Source: Halogeometricum borinquense DSM 11551
Lineage (GTDB): Archaea > Halobacteriota > Halobacteria > Halobacteriales > Haloferacaceae
Direction of reading: 5' to 3'
NCBI RefSeq assembly: GCF_000172995.2
Contig: NC_014729.1
Coordinates: forward strand, 1,680,001 to 1,712,000
DNA length: 32,000 nucleotides
Both the position numbers and the translations under genes were made by a program. This document shows, piece after piece, positions 8,586 to 17,082 of this stretch (positions are counted from its first letter, which is position 1; every line of letters begins with the position of its first letter). The notes under the pieces were generated by a model. It saw only the letters and a list, made by a program, of their open reading frames with translations. It searched no databases and had not been told where the DNA came from.

Positions 8586-8987
8586 ATGAGTACCACCCCC
8601 ATCCAGCAGTCGTCCGCCGCGGAGGCAATCGACGCAGACGCCGTCACCGATGTGACGCCGATCTCGCTCTCGGCATCGAATCTTGATTCGACGGCCCCGG
8701 AGTACCTCCGCGACCTGAAGTCTGACCTCGCGGCTGACGGGTACCATCCGACGGTGCTGACCGTCGAGGTCTGCTTCGGTGAAGACTGTCCGTTCGCAAC
8801 GCAAACTGTCGCTGACGACCTGCGCGAGTTCGTCCGCGCGGCGTCGTTCCTCGGTGCGGCCCGCCTCGAACTCACGGTCACGGAGGTCGCAGACGAGGAC
8901 ACCGTTGAGACGGCTCTCCGTGCGCTCGATGAACGCGCCCACCGCGAGGGGGTTCACTTTTCGGTGTCCGGACCGATATCCGCCTGA
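8586..8987 (+). CDS. Acidic hypothetical protein, translationally coupled to the downstream methyltransferase
   Basis: Start placed at ATG 8586 (MSTTPIQQ...). Its stop TGA 8985-8987 overlaps the ATG 8987-8989 of the next gene (cTGATGg). I recognise no family. Confidence 0.6.
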   Translation: MSTTPIQQSSAAEAIDADAVTDVTPISLSASNLDSTAPEYLRDLKSDLAADGYHPTVLTVEVCFGEDCPFATQTVADDLREFVRAASFLGAARLELTVTEVADEDTVETALRALDERAHREGVHFSVSGPISA

Positions 8988-9610
8988 TGGCGACGAAGGC
9001 CGCCCTTGAAACGCAACTTTCCGTCGTCGCGGGATTCGAGAACCCCCGCGTCGAACTCGAACAGTATCCGACACCGCCGGGGCTCGCCGCGCACGTCGTT
9101 CACGTCGCCGACCTAAACGGTGACGTGGAGGGAAAGACCGTCGTAGATCTCGGTACGGGGACCGGGATGCTTGCCCTCGGGGCCGCTCTCCGCGGTCCCG
9201 CCCGCGTCGTCGGCGTCGATATCGATGCAGATGCACTCGACACCGCCCGCGAAAACCGTATCCGCGTCGGGACGACGACACCGATTCACTGGGTCCGCGC
9301 CGACGCGACACAGGCGCCGCTCTGTATCGACGAACCGACGACAGTGTTGATGAACCCGCCGTTCGGCGCACAACACGGCCACGAACACGCTGACCGCGCG
9401 TTTCTGCAGACGGCCGCATCGCTTTCGAATGTCTCGTACTCGGTCCACAACACCGGCTCACAGGAGTTCGTTGAAGCGTTCGCCGCCGACGAGGGGGGTG
9501 AGGTGACGCACGCCTTCCGCGCGACGTTCAGCCTCGACCGTCAGTTCGACTTCCACGACGAGGACTCGAAAGACATCGATACGGAAGTCTTCCGGATCGA
9601 GTGGAACTGA
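8987..9610 (+). CDS. METTL5-like / COG2263-type SAM-dependent N6-adenine (rRNA) methyltransferase
   Basis: LEQYPTPPGLAAHVV..., SAM motif I VVDLGTGTGMLALGAA, VVGVDID, and the catalytic motif IV VLMNPPFG. Confidence 0.85.
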   Translation: MATKAALETQLSVVAGFENPRVELEQYPTPPGLAAHVVHVADLNGDVEGKTVVDLGTGTGMLALGAALRGPARVVGVDIDADALDTARENRIRVGTTTPIHWVRADATQAPLCIDEPTTVLMNPPFGAQHGHEHADRAFLQTAASLSNVSYSVHNTGSQEFVEAFAADEGGEVTHAFRATFSLDRQFDFHDEDSKDIDTEVFRIEWN

Positions 9611-9652
9611 GGGCTCTCTTTTCGATTACGGTTCCTCGATGGCGGCCGCAAC

Positions 9653-11308
9653 TCACTGGTACTGCTCTCGCTTCGCTATCTTGACTCGCGTCTCGTCGTA
9701 TTCGACGAACAGATTCTGCTTTTCTCTGGCGAAGGTGAGTCCGTCCAGCGTTACTGTCTGATTGTTCTCGGGGAGGCGCGCCGCCACTGATTCGTTCCCC
9801 TGTTTGACGCGCAGGTAGAACCCCTGCGCGGCCGCCTCGATACTGATGTTCCGACCCCCGATGACTGGCCCGGCCGTCGCTGGCTCTGAGGTGTGGACGA
9901 CGCGCGCCGTGTTGTTGTGGCTCAAGAAGACTCGGTAAGCGGTGCCTCCCTGCGTCGTCACCCACCCGTCGCGGACAGTATACACCGTATCACGCCAGCC
10001 GAGCCCGCCGACACGGACGGCCGTCTGTCCGTCGAAAGCGAGTCGCCCCCTCGTAACCGCTGTCGTCCAGATACCGCGCTCTCGACTCCGGACGATGACG
10101 CCCGACGTTTTCACCGCCGTCGTCTCTCCGAGCGCCGACAACTCGAATGCGGCGGTCATCCCGTTCGTCACGTTCTCTGCGTACGTCACCTCGTAGTCTC
10201 CGACGCTGATTTCGTCGCCGGGTAAGTCGCCGTCAGTTGCGGTGTAGAGGTTGTACGGAACAGCAGGACCGGAGATAGCCGCCGCGACGAGGATGAGACA
10301 CGCCGCGCCGGTCTGCCACCGACGGACGGCGAATGCGCCGCCGAGCGTGTCACGCAGGATGTATCGATCCGAAGCGACGACCGTGACTGCGATGATGACG
10401 GCCACGGTGACAACGAGAGCGACACCGACCGCGCGGTAGAGCACGTACGTCTCGCCGCCACGGAACCAGTAGACCGCCCACATCGACTGCTGGATACCAA
10501 ACAGCAGGACTCCGGTCCACAGTTTGAGTGCCGATGGGCGCTCCGCAGACGGGCGGTTTCTGACGACGACGAGGCCGAGGAAGACGCCGATAAACAAACC
10601 GAGCGCGTGCCCTTGGATAGCGATATCGGCCCACCACGGTGTAATATACGCCGGATGCCCGCTCGCCGTGAGTTGCGGGGTCTGGAGCGCGTTGTAGACG
10701 ACCCGAGTGGCCCGACTCCCCACGAGGGCGATAACGGTCACCAACGGATAGTTGACGAGTGCGAACCCGGCAAAGGCGAAGACAGCACCCGAGAATCCGA
10801 TAATGGGGCCGAGAGCGAACGCGGCGGTGAGAATAGCGGCGACGAAGACGACGAGAGGAACGATGAGAAACGCGCGAACGTACGGGTTCGTCCGCCACGA
10901 TCCGAACGAGGTACTGCCCCGTTCGCGCGGGAAGTGTCCCCACGCATACTCGGCGACCGGTGCGAACATCGCTGTCGCCGTGAGGTTCCCGATGAGGTGC
11001 CCGGGACCGTTGTGTGAGAATGCGGCGGTGACAACCCCGAGCGGGTAGAAGTACGACCACGCCCGGAACGGAATTGTGAGCGGTCTGTTCCAGTGATGCA
11101 GTCCCCCTTGGACGAACAGATAAACGGCGAGAACGCCGACGAGAGTGATCAGCGACCCCCACGGGACGCCGAGGACGAAGCGTCGGCGGAGGGCAGTCCC
11201 CCACCGACCTGCGGGCCGATCTGTGAAGAAGACGACGACCAAAGCGAGAACGAACGCGGCGAGGAGGGCCGCGCGCTGAACTGTTAGCACCCCCGGAATT
11301 TCCATCAT
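9653..11308 (-). CDS. Rhomboid-family intramembrane serine protease with a large C-terminal extracytoplasmic domain (RhoII-like)
   Basis: Multi-TM N-terminal half with the rhomboid motifs FSHNGPGHLIGNL (HxxxxHxxxN) and the catalytic GFSGAVFA (GxSG), plus a later His (QGHALGLFIG). A soluble beta-rich tail of about 220 aa follows. Confidence 0.9.
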   Translation of the reverse strand: MMEIPGVLTVQRAALLAAFVLALVVVFFTDRPAGRWGTALRRRFVLGVPWGSLITLVGVLAVYLFVQGGLHHWNRPLTIPFRAWSYFYPLGVVTAAFSHNGPGHLIGNLTATAMFAPVAEYAWGHFPRERGSTSFGSWRTNPYVRAFLIVPLVVFVAAILTAAFALGPIIGFSGAVFAFAGFALVNYPLVTVIALVGSRATRVVYNALQTPQLTASGHPAYITPWWADIAIQGHALGLFIGVFLGLVVVRNRPSAERPSALKLWTGVLLFGIQQSMWAVYWFRGGETYVLYRAVGVALVVTVAVIIAVTVVASDRYILRDTLGGAFAVRRWQTGAACLILVAAAISGPAVPYNLYTATDGDLPGDEISVGDYEVTYAENVTNGMTAAFELSALGETTAVKTSGVIVRSRERGIWTTAVTRGRLAFDGQTAVRVGGLGWRDTVYTVRDGWVTTQGGTAYRVFLSHNNTARVVHTSEPATAGPVIGGRNISIEAAAQGFYLRVKQGNESVAARLPENNQTVTLDGLTFAREKQNLFVEYDETRVKIAKREQYQ

Positions 11309-11435
11309 GGGCGTAATTCGACGGCGCGGTTATGAATCCCTCGCCGTCTGCGAAAAGTCACTTCGCTGTCGGTTGCAGTCGCTACGCGTCGGATTCTGGT
11401 GTCGCCTCGTTCGGTCACAGCCGGAAAATCGACGG

Positions 11436-11714
11436 TTATAGCTTCGACTCGGCGTCTTTAGCGAGTTCTTCCATCCGCTTTCCGACGCGTCCAGCGTTGG
11501 AGAACTCGTCTTCGCTCATCGCCGCCGCGAGGGCGTTTCCGAGGACGAACACGGCGTGTTTGTGTTCGCTCTTGGATTTGTGGACGTGCGACGGATCCAC
11601 AGCGAGTTGCTCGTACGGTTCGAACAACTCACTGTTTACGTGTTCCTGCGACGCGAAGTAGTCTTTTATCGTCACCATCTGCTCGTGCAGTTCGAGGAGT
11701 TCGTCCTTGTGCAT
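11436..11714 (-). CDS. UPF0058 family protein (small archaeal His-rich helical protein)
   Basis: MHKDELLELHEQMVTIKDYF...HVHKSKSEHKHAVFVLGNALA matches my memory of the UPF0058 family. A TTAAAA-like box (complement of 11738-11746) lies about 28 nt upstream. Confidence 0.85.
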   Translation of the reverse strand: MHKDELLELHEQMVTIKDYFASQEHVNSELFEPYEQLAVDPSHVHKSKSEHKHAVFVLGNALAAAMSEDEFSNAGRVGKRMEELAKDAESKL

Positions 11715-11774
11715 GGCCGTGGGTACGTGAGAGGTCGTTTTAAGGGTTATTGGGTCTCGATGACACGCTCGTGG

Positions 11775-11984
11775 TCAGAAGACGTACTCGTCTTCGTGAC
11801 CCATCATGCCGTCGTCTTCGAATCGGTCATCTTCATCCATGGGTCCGCTCGTTTTGAACGCGCGGAGCCCTGTCGAGAGGAGTTCCTCGATGGCCTCTTC
11901 GCGACTGACGAACTCCCCTTGCTCTACGAGCTGTGCGATCTGCATCTCTAGGTGTTCCGGAACGCTGATGTTGACTTTGGGCAT
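11775..11984 (-). CDS. Ribbon-helix-helix (CopG/Arc-like) DNA-binding protein with an acidic tail
   Basis: MPKVNISVPEHLEMQIAQLVEQGEFVSREEAIEELL has the RHH pattern of a beta-strand followed by two helices. The C-terminal tail is acidic. Confidence 0.8.
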   Translation of the reverse strand: MPKVNISVPEHLEMQIAQLVEQGEFVSREEAIEELLSTGLRAFKTSGPMDEDDRFEDDGMMGHEDEYVF

Positions 11985-12010
11985 CTGACGCCCGGGGGTT
12001 TGAAGGCGGG

Positions 12011-12018
12011 TTATTTAA
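12011..12018 (-). promoter_or_regulatory. TATA box of the RHH gene
   Basis: Minus strand reads TTAAATAA about 27-34 nt upstream of the ATG at 11984. It has the same core as the tfb box. Confidence 0.4.
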
Positions 12019-12167
12019 CTCCTGCGCCCGACTTTTACTGTTGGACGAATGTCTTTCCCGTCGTTCGTTGAGATTCGTTTTCGTGTTACGAAACGATGTT
12101 TTCAGAGTCGATACTGACGGCTTCTGAAAGTCGTCACCGTTAGGTGTGCCGCGACGAACTACCGTGT

Positions 12168-12761
12168 ATGTCGAAAGACGTCACGGGACTCTACCGGGAG
12201 TTCGGCAGCGACAGACTCCCACCGGGACAGCGCGAGACGTCGCGCTTTCCGGTGCTGTCGAAGAGTGGAACGCCCTCGTGGGACCCGCAGTCGTGGGCGT
12301 TCGATGTTTGGGGTGCCGTCGAAGAGGAGCTGACGTTCTCGTACGAGGAGTTTCAGGATATTCCCGCCGAAACGCAACGACAGGACTTCCACTGCGTCAC
12401 TGGGTGGTCGAAGTTCGACTGCGAGTTCACCGGCGTTACGTTCCCGACGCTGGCGGAACTGGCGGGCGTCCGAGATGATGCCATTCACGTCATGTTCCAC
12501 GCGCTCGACGGGTACACGACCAACCTCCCCTTGGAGGACTGCATGCGCGAGGAAGTCATGTTCGTCTCCGAGTACGACGGCGAACCACTTCCGTCGGATC
12601 ACGGCGGCCCTCTCCGCGTTGTTACGCCCCACAAATACGCGTACAAAGGTGCCAAGTGGGTCTCGGGCGTCGAGTTTCTCACCGAACCCGAACGCGGGTA
12701 TTGGGAGAAGCGCGGCTACTCCAACACGGCCAACCCGTGGAACGAGGAGCGATATAGCTAA
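12168..12761 (+). CDS. Molybdopterin-dependent oxidoreductase, sulfite-oxidase fold (YedY/MsrP-like catalytic domain)
   Basis: Start moved to ATG 12168 (MSKDVTG...); the track start 12144 is GTG. Motifs: LPPGQRETSRFPVL, QDFHCVTGWSKFDCEFTGV (Moco-ligand Cys), HGGPLRVVTPHKYAYKGAKWV. Confidence 0.85.
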   Translation: MSKDVTGLYREFGSDRLPPGQRETSRFPVLSKSGTPSWDPQSWAFDVWGAVEEELTFSYEEFQDIPAETQRQDFHCVTGWSKFDCEFTGVTFPTLAELAGVRDDAIHVMFHALDGYTTNLPLEDCMREEVMFVSEYDGEPLPSDHGGPLRVVTPHKYAYKGAKWVSGVEFLTEPERGYWEKRGYSNTANPWNEERYS

Positions 12762-12850
12762 TTTTCGGCCGTTCGAGCCGAATACAGCCGTTTCAGCCCA
12801 TCGTCGCTGGATAGTCAGGTAAAAGGCTATGGCCTCCTGAGGTTCACGAA

Positions 12851-14197
12851 ATGGCATCGTTGCGGACTGGCGAGATGGAGATGCATCTCGTCAGCAGGTC
12901 GGTTCCCGTGTCGGCTCCGTCGTTTCGCGCCGTTCTTCGCGCCGCCGACGCACCGCGCACGGTCTGGTCGGCACCTGATAAGGCAACAGTCGTCGGAAGC
13001 GGCGCGGCCGCGACGGTGACTGCCGACGGGCCGGATCGGTTCGACCGGATCCGCGAGGCCGCAGAGGAACTGTTTTCGTCCGGTGACGTTCACGCTGGAA
13101 CCGAGGCCGCTCGTCCACGCCTGTTCGGCGGATTCGCGTTCCACGCCGACAGCACCGACGGGTCGCCGTGGGAGGATTTCCCCGGCGCGCGCTTTGTTTT
13201 CCCCCGCGTACAGGTAACGTACGCTGAAAACGGTACGTGGCTCACGGTCAACGCCGTCGGTCCCGACGCCAACGCCGAAGCCGTCGAAGAACGCCTCGCC
13301 CGCGAACGCGAGCGGATCGAGTCGCTTCCGGACCCCGGTCCCGTCTCGGACCCACCGGGCGTCGTACATCGACGGCGGACGACGGCGAAAGATGACTGGA
13401 ACGCGGGCGTTAACGCCGCTGTCGAGCGAATCAGCGCGGGCGACTTGCGGAAGGTCGTCCTCGCACAGGCGCTTGCGGCGGATCTCGCATCCGACCTCTC
13501 GGTGCCCGATATCCTGGACCGACTCGGCGATTCCTATCCCGACTGCTATCGCTTCCTCGTCGAACCCGAACCCGACGCGGACCGCCCGCAAGCGTCGTTC
13601 TTCGGCGCGACGCCGGAACGACTCGTGAGTCTCCGCGGCCGAACCGTCGAGACGGGCGCACTGGCCGGCACGACCGGTCGCGGCGAGACGCCCGCAGAAG
13701 ACGAGTGGTTGGCGCGGGAACTGCTGGACGACGAAAAGAACGTTCACGAGCACGAACTCGTCGCAGAAACCATCCGCGACCAACTGGCTCCGTTCGCCTC
13801 GTCGGTAAACACCGGAGACCGATGCGTGAAGCGACTCGCGACAGTTCAGCATCTCTGGACGCCCATCACGGCAACGTTAGCGACCAGCGAACACGTCCTC
13901 TCGCTGGTTGAGGCGCTTCATCCGACGCCCGCCGTTGGTGGCCTCCCGCCCGAGAAGGCTCTCGAAACCATCCGCGACACCGAACCGTTCGACCGCGGAT
14001 GGTACGCCGCGCCCGTCGGCTGGATCGACGCTGCGGGCTACGGGTCGTTTGCCGTCGCCCTCCGCTCTGCTGTCTCCCGCGACGACACGACGACGCTGTT
14101 CGCTGGCGTCGGCGTCGTCGAGGACTCCGACCCCGATAGAGAGTGGGACGAGGTCCAACTGAAGTACCGCGCCCTCCTTGACGAACTGGAACGCTGA
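12851..14197 (+). CDS. menF: Isochorismate synthase
   Basis: Chorismate-binding enzyme motifs are KVVLAQ...CYRFLV...SFFGATPERLV...LAGTTGRG...DEKNVHEHELV...LHPTPAVGGLP...FDRGWYAAPVGW...FAVALRSA...AGVGVVEDSDPDREWDE. It lies directly upstream of menD. The start could also be ATG 12875 or 12881. Confidence 0.9.
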   Translation: MASLRTGEMEMHLVSRSVPVSAPSFRAVLRAADAPRTVWSAPDKATVVGSGAAATVTADGPDRFDRIREAAEELFSSGDVHAGTEAARPRLFGGFAFHADSTDGSPWEDFPGARFVFPRVQVTYAENGTWLTVNAVGPDANAEAVEERLARERERIESLPDPGPVSDPPGVVHRRRTTAKDDWNAGVNAAVERISAGDLRKVVLAQALAADLASDLSVPDILDRLGDSYPDCYRFLVEPEPDADRPQASFFGATPERLVSLRGRTVETGALAGTTGRGETPAEDEWLARELLDDEKNVHEHELVAETIRDQLAPFASSVNTGDRCVKRLATVQHLWTPITATLATSEHVLSLVEALHPTPAVGGLPPEKALETIRDTEPFDRGWYAAPVGWIDAAGYGSFAVALRSAVSRDDTTTLFAGVGVVEDSDPDREWDEVQLKYRALLDELER

Positions 14198-14232
14198 GTA
14201 CCCTCCATTGAACTGACGCCGATTCTCTCACC

Positions 14233-15984
14233 ATGACCGCACCAAACCGAAACGTCCTCTGGGCTCGCACGCTCGTAGACGAACTCGCCAAAGCCGGTGT
14301 CGATGCCGTCTGCATCACGCCCGGCAGTCGTTCGACGCCGTTGACCGAAGCGTTCGACAGACACGACGACATACACGTCTTTTCGCACCTCGATGAACGC
14401 TCCTCGGCGTTTTTCGCACTCGGACGCGCTCGACGGACCGGTGATGTGACGCCGCTCGTCTGCACCTCCGGCACCGCGGCGGCGAACTACCATCCCGCGA
14501 TAATCGAGGCAGCACAATCGCGCGTCCCGATGCTCGTCCTCACCGCCGACCGCCCGCCGGAGATACGCGACTCCGGTGCGAACCAGACGATTGACCAAGA
14601 GAAACTGTACGGTGATGCGGTCCGCTGGTACAAAGACCTCGCCGAACCCGAGGCGACGCCGCGTAAACTTCGGTCGCTCCGGACGACGGCTGCCCGTGCT
14701 CTCACGAAGGCGACGGGGACGCCCGCGGGTCCGGTTCACCTGAACGTCCCGTTCCGCAAACCGCTGGAACCGGTCACGGTCGAGGGCGACGTCCCCGACG
14801 ATCTCCCGGAAATAGCCGCTGAAGGCCGCGAAGACGCCTTCGTGGGAACGACGACCGGCGTTCCCGAACTTGACGACGACGCGCTTCGTGACCTCGCAGA
14901 ACGCCTTTCGACGCCGCGGGGTCTCGTCGTCGCCGGTCCCGCCGATGCCCCCGGCATCGACAGTGAGGCGGTGGCAGCGTTCGCCCACGCGACCGGCTTT
15001 CCCATCCTCGCAGACCCGCTCTCGGGCGTCCGGTTCGGCGGCCACGTCCGCGTTGCGCCCGTCATCGGCGGTTACGACAGCTTCCTCGATGAGCAGGTGA
15101 CGCAATCGTGGCCCGACCCGGACATCGTGTTCCGGTTCGGTGCGTCGCCCACATCGAAACCGCTCCGGAAGTACCTCGCCCGCGTGGACGCCGAGCAACT
15201 GGTCGTTGACCCCGCCGCCGGGTGGCGAGAGGCGGAATTCACCGCGACAGACCTCGTCGTTGCCGACCCCTCGCGCCTGATGGTTCGCTTGTCACGTCTC
15301 CTTGCTGGACCGGGCGGCCCTGAGTGGCGCAAGCGATGGGAGAACGCCGATGCGACGCACGAGTCCGTTCTCGAAACGAGCGACGAGTTCTGTGAGGGGC
15401 GCGTCCTCGCGGACGTGGTCGAACTCGCCCCTGACCCTGCCACGATATTCGTCTCCAACTCGATGCCCGTCCGCGATGCGGACCGCTTCTGCCCGCCGGG
15501 AACGAAGAACCTGACCGTTCTCGGCAACCGTGGCGCGTCGGGTATCGACGGTATCGTTTCAACCGCGCTCGGTGCTGGGTCAGCCACGACAGACGATCTG
15601 ACGCTCGTCACCGGCGATCTGGCCTACTACCACGATATGAACGGCCTCCTCGCTATCGGCCGTTCGGACGTTGATGCGACCATCGTCGTCGTCAACAACG
15701 ACGGCGGCGGCATCTTCCATATGCTCCCCATCGAGCAGTTCGACCCGCCGTTTACCTCGCAGTTCAAGACGCCACACGGACTGGACCTTGAACCGAGCGC
15801 GGACCTGTATGGACTCTCCTTTGCCCGCGTTGAGGGCGGAGACAGCGATGGCTTCCGCAAAGCGTACGAAACGGCAACGCAGAGCGAAGGGACACACGTG
15901 ATTGAGGTCGTCACCGACGCAGAGACGAGTCATACCGCTCGCGAGTCGCTCCGCCGTCGCGTCGTAGACGAGTTGACCGACTGA
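14233..15984 (+). CDS. menD: SEPHCHC synthase (2-succinyl-5-enolpyruvyl-6-hydroxy-3-cyclohexene-1-carboxylate synthase), ThDP-dependent
   Basis: NRNVLWARTLVDELAKAGVDAVCITPGSRSTPL...CTSGTAAANYHPAIIEA...PMLVLTADRPPE...GANQTIDQ, plus the C-terminal ThDP motif GDLAYYHDMNGL...VVVNNDGGGIF. Confidence 0.95.
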   Translation: MTAPNRNVLWARTLVDELAKAGVDAVCITPGSRSTPLTEAFDRHDDIHVFSHLDERSSAFFALGRARRTGDVTPLVCTSGTAAANYHPAIIEAAQSRVPMLVLTADRPPEIRDSGANQTIDQEKLYGDAVRWYKDLAEPEATPRKLRSLRTTAARALTKATGTPAGPVHLNVPFRKPLEPVTVEGDVPDDLPEIAAEGREDAFVGTTTGVPELDDDALRDLAERLSTPRGLVVAGPADAPGIDSEAVAAFAHATGFPILADPLSGVRFGGHVRVAPVIGGYDSFLDEQVTQSWPDPDIVFRFGASPTSKPLRKYLARVDAEQLVVDPAAGWREAEFTATDLVVADPSRLMVRLSRLLAGPGGPEWRKRWENADATHESVLETSDEFCEGRVLADVVELAPDPATIFVSNSMPVRDADRFCPPGTKNLTVLGNRGASGIDGIVSTALGAGSATTDDLTLVTGDLAYYHDMNGLLAIGRSDVDATIVVVNNDGGGIFHMLPIEQFDPPFTSQFKTPHGLDLEPSADLYGLSFARVEGGDSDGFRKAYETATQSEGTHVIEVVTDAETSHTARESLRRRVVDELTD

Positions 15985-15998
15985 GTCGGTCCGTTTGC

Positions 15999-16079
15999 GG
16001 TTGTCTCGCGGTTCCCCGCGATTCCCCGCGGTTCCCCGCGATTGTCTCACGGTTGTCTCACGGGTTTTCGCGGTCCTCC
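15999..16079. repeat. Interleaved 10/11-bp tandem repeat array (two unit types, order A-B-B-B-A-A plus 2 degenerate units)
   Basis: Read directly: GGTTGTCTCGC | GGTTCCCCGC | GATTCCCCGC | GGTTCCCCGC | GATTGTCTCAC | GGTTGTCTCAC | GGGTTTTCGC | GGTCCTCCG. It starts 15 nt after the menD stop. Confidence 0.85.
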
Positions 16080-16537
16080 GAACGGACTTCGAGAAACCGG
16101 CTTTCCAGAGCAGAACCCTTTTTCACTGCGTTCCGAAGAGAGACAGTCGTGTCTTCACCCGCTCGAACGTTGCCAATCGGTCTGATGGCCACCTGACGCT
16201 TGTTTTGACCGGCGATGCGGCCTACGAGGCAGTCTTCGGCTACACGCCGGCGTCGGGGGGCGTTTCGGTCGAGGACGCACGTCTCCGGATGGTCGTCGAG
16301 ACAGAACGTGGCGTCGTTTCCGGCGGGAACGCGACGGTTCGAATGGCTGCGAACGCGACGAACCGAACCGTAACCCGACTCCAATACGACGTGCGCGTTG
16401 ACACGGCAGTCGAACGACCCGACGCACTCGGTTCCCCGACACGGTCCGAGTGGGTGTGGCGACTGTTCGCGTACTGACGGTGGGTGATCACCCACGGCCT
16501 GACACCGGGGACAGTGCTTTTGACCGCTCCCGTCCAC

Positions 16538-17017
16538 ATGACGGATATGTCTCGCGGTGCCACCGACCCCGAAACCGAGGCGCGGCAAGTTCGTCCCCAA
16601 GAGGAGAACGACGAACTCGGGCAGTGGTTAGAGGATCTGTTCGACGGCACCGCAGAAGCCACCGTGCTGGGGCTTCCGTCGCTCCTCATTGCCGTTTTCT
16701 CGGGCGAACTCGTCGCCTCGGCGGCGGCGCTCGGGGCAGCCGTCGCCCTCTCGTGGGGCGTCGCAGCCTACCGAAACGGCCGTCTCTCGCTCGGCCCCGA
16801 GTGGCCACCGGTTTCGGTGTTCTACGGCGGTATTCGATTGCTCTGGTACAACACCGTCTACCTTGCCGCCGTCTTCGGCGTTGTCACATCTGGACTGTTT
16901 CCGACGACGCCCTCGGGACTCGCGGCGGCTATCGTTGCTGGCGTCGGTGTCGCCACTGTCGGCGTTCTCACGTTCCCGTTCGTCGCTGCGGCCGCCGATT
17001 CGGTCCGTCGCGCCTGA
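16538..17017 (+). CDS. Hypothetical membrane protein (acidic N-terminus plus 3-4 TM segments)
   Basis: Track ORF 16484..17017 starts at GTG. I prefer ATG 16538 (or 16547). TM-like stretches include LGLPSLLIAVFSGELVASAAALGAAVALSWGVAAY, LLWYNTVYLAAVFGVVTSGLF and LAAAIVAGVGVATVGVLTFPFVAAAA. It sits between menD and menB. Confidence 0.6.
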   Translation: MTDMSRGATDPETEARQVRPQEENDELGQWLEDLFDGTAEATVLGLPSLLIAVFSGELVASAAALGAAVALSWGVAAYRNGRLSLGPEWPPVSVFYGGIRLLWYNTVYLAAVFGVVTSGLFPTTPSGLAAAIVAGVGVATVGVLTFPFVAAAADSVRRA

Positions 17018-17082
17018 CTATCTCTTCTCGATCCGTCACCCGGTAAGCGAATCTTTTTGCGCGGTCCGTCCGCCTCGTCGAT

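Noticed and set aside
8544-9461. 305-aa minus-strand ORF antisense to the hypothetical and methyltransferase genes. The same issue applies to 12827..13852, 14038..15198, 13866..14474, 16858..17763, 20369..21172, 21898..23106, 23420..24394, 25241..26122 and 30343..31212.
   Set aside because: All are Arg/Pro/Gly-rich, basic, lack motifs and lie antisense to ORFs with unmistakable family signatures. Long antisense ORFs are expected in >60% G+C DNA because stop codons are rare.
11775-11984. RHH protein considered as an orphan antitoxin or as the CdrS cell-division regulator
   Set aside because: No toxin-like ORF is adjacent and no ftsZ is downstream. The downstream gene is a UPF0058 protein with its own TATA-like box, so the evidence supports nothing beyond a generic RHH regulator.
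15999-16079. Tandem repeat array considered as a CRISPR array
   Set aside because: The units are only 10-11 bp and directly adjacent with no spacers. No cas genes or leader are present, so it is not a CRISPR.
15995-16477. 160-aa track ORF taken as an intact gene
   Set aside because: Its only start is a TTG inside the repeat array, and the first ~35 residues are just the translated repeats. I kept it only as a possible decayed gene in the findings.
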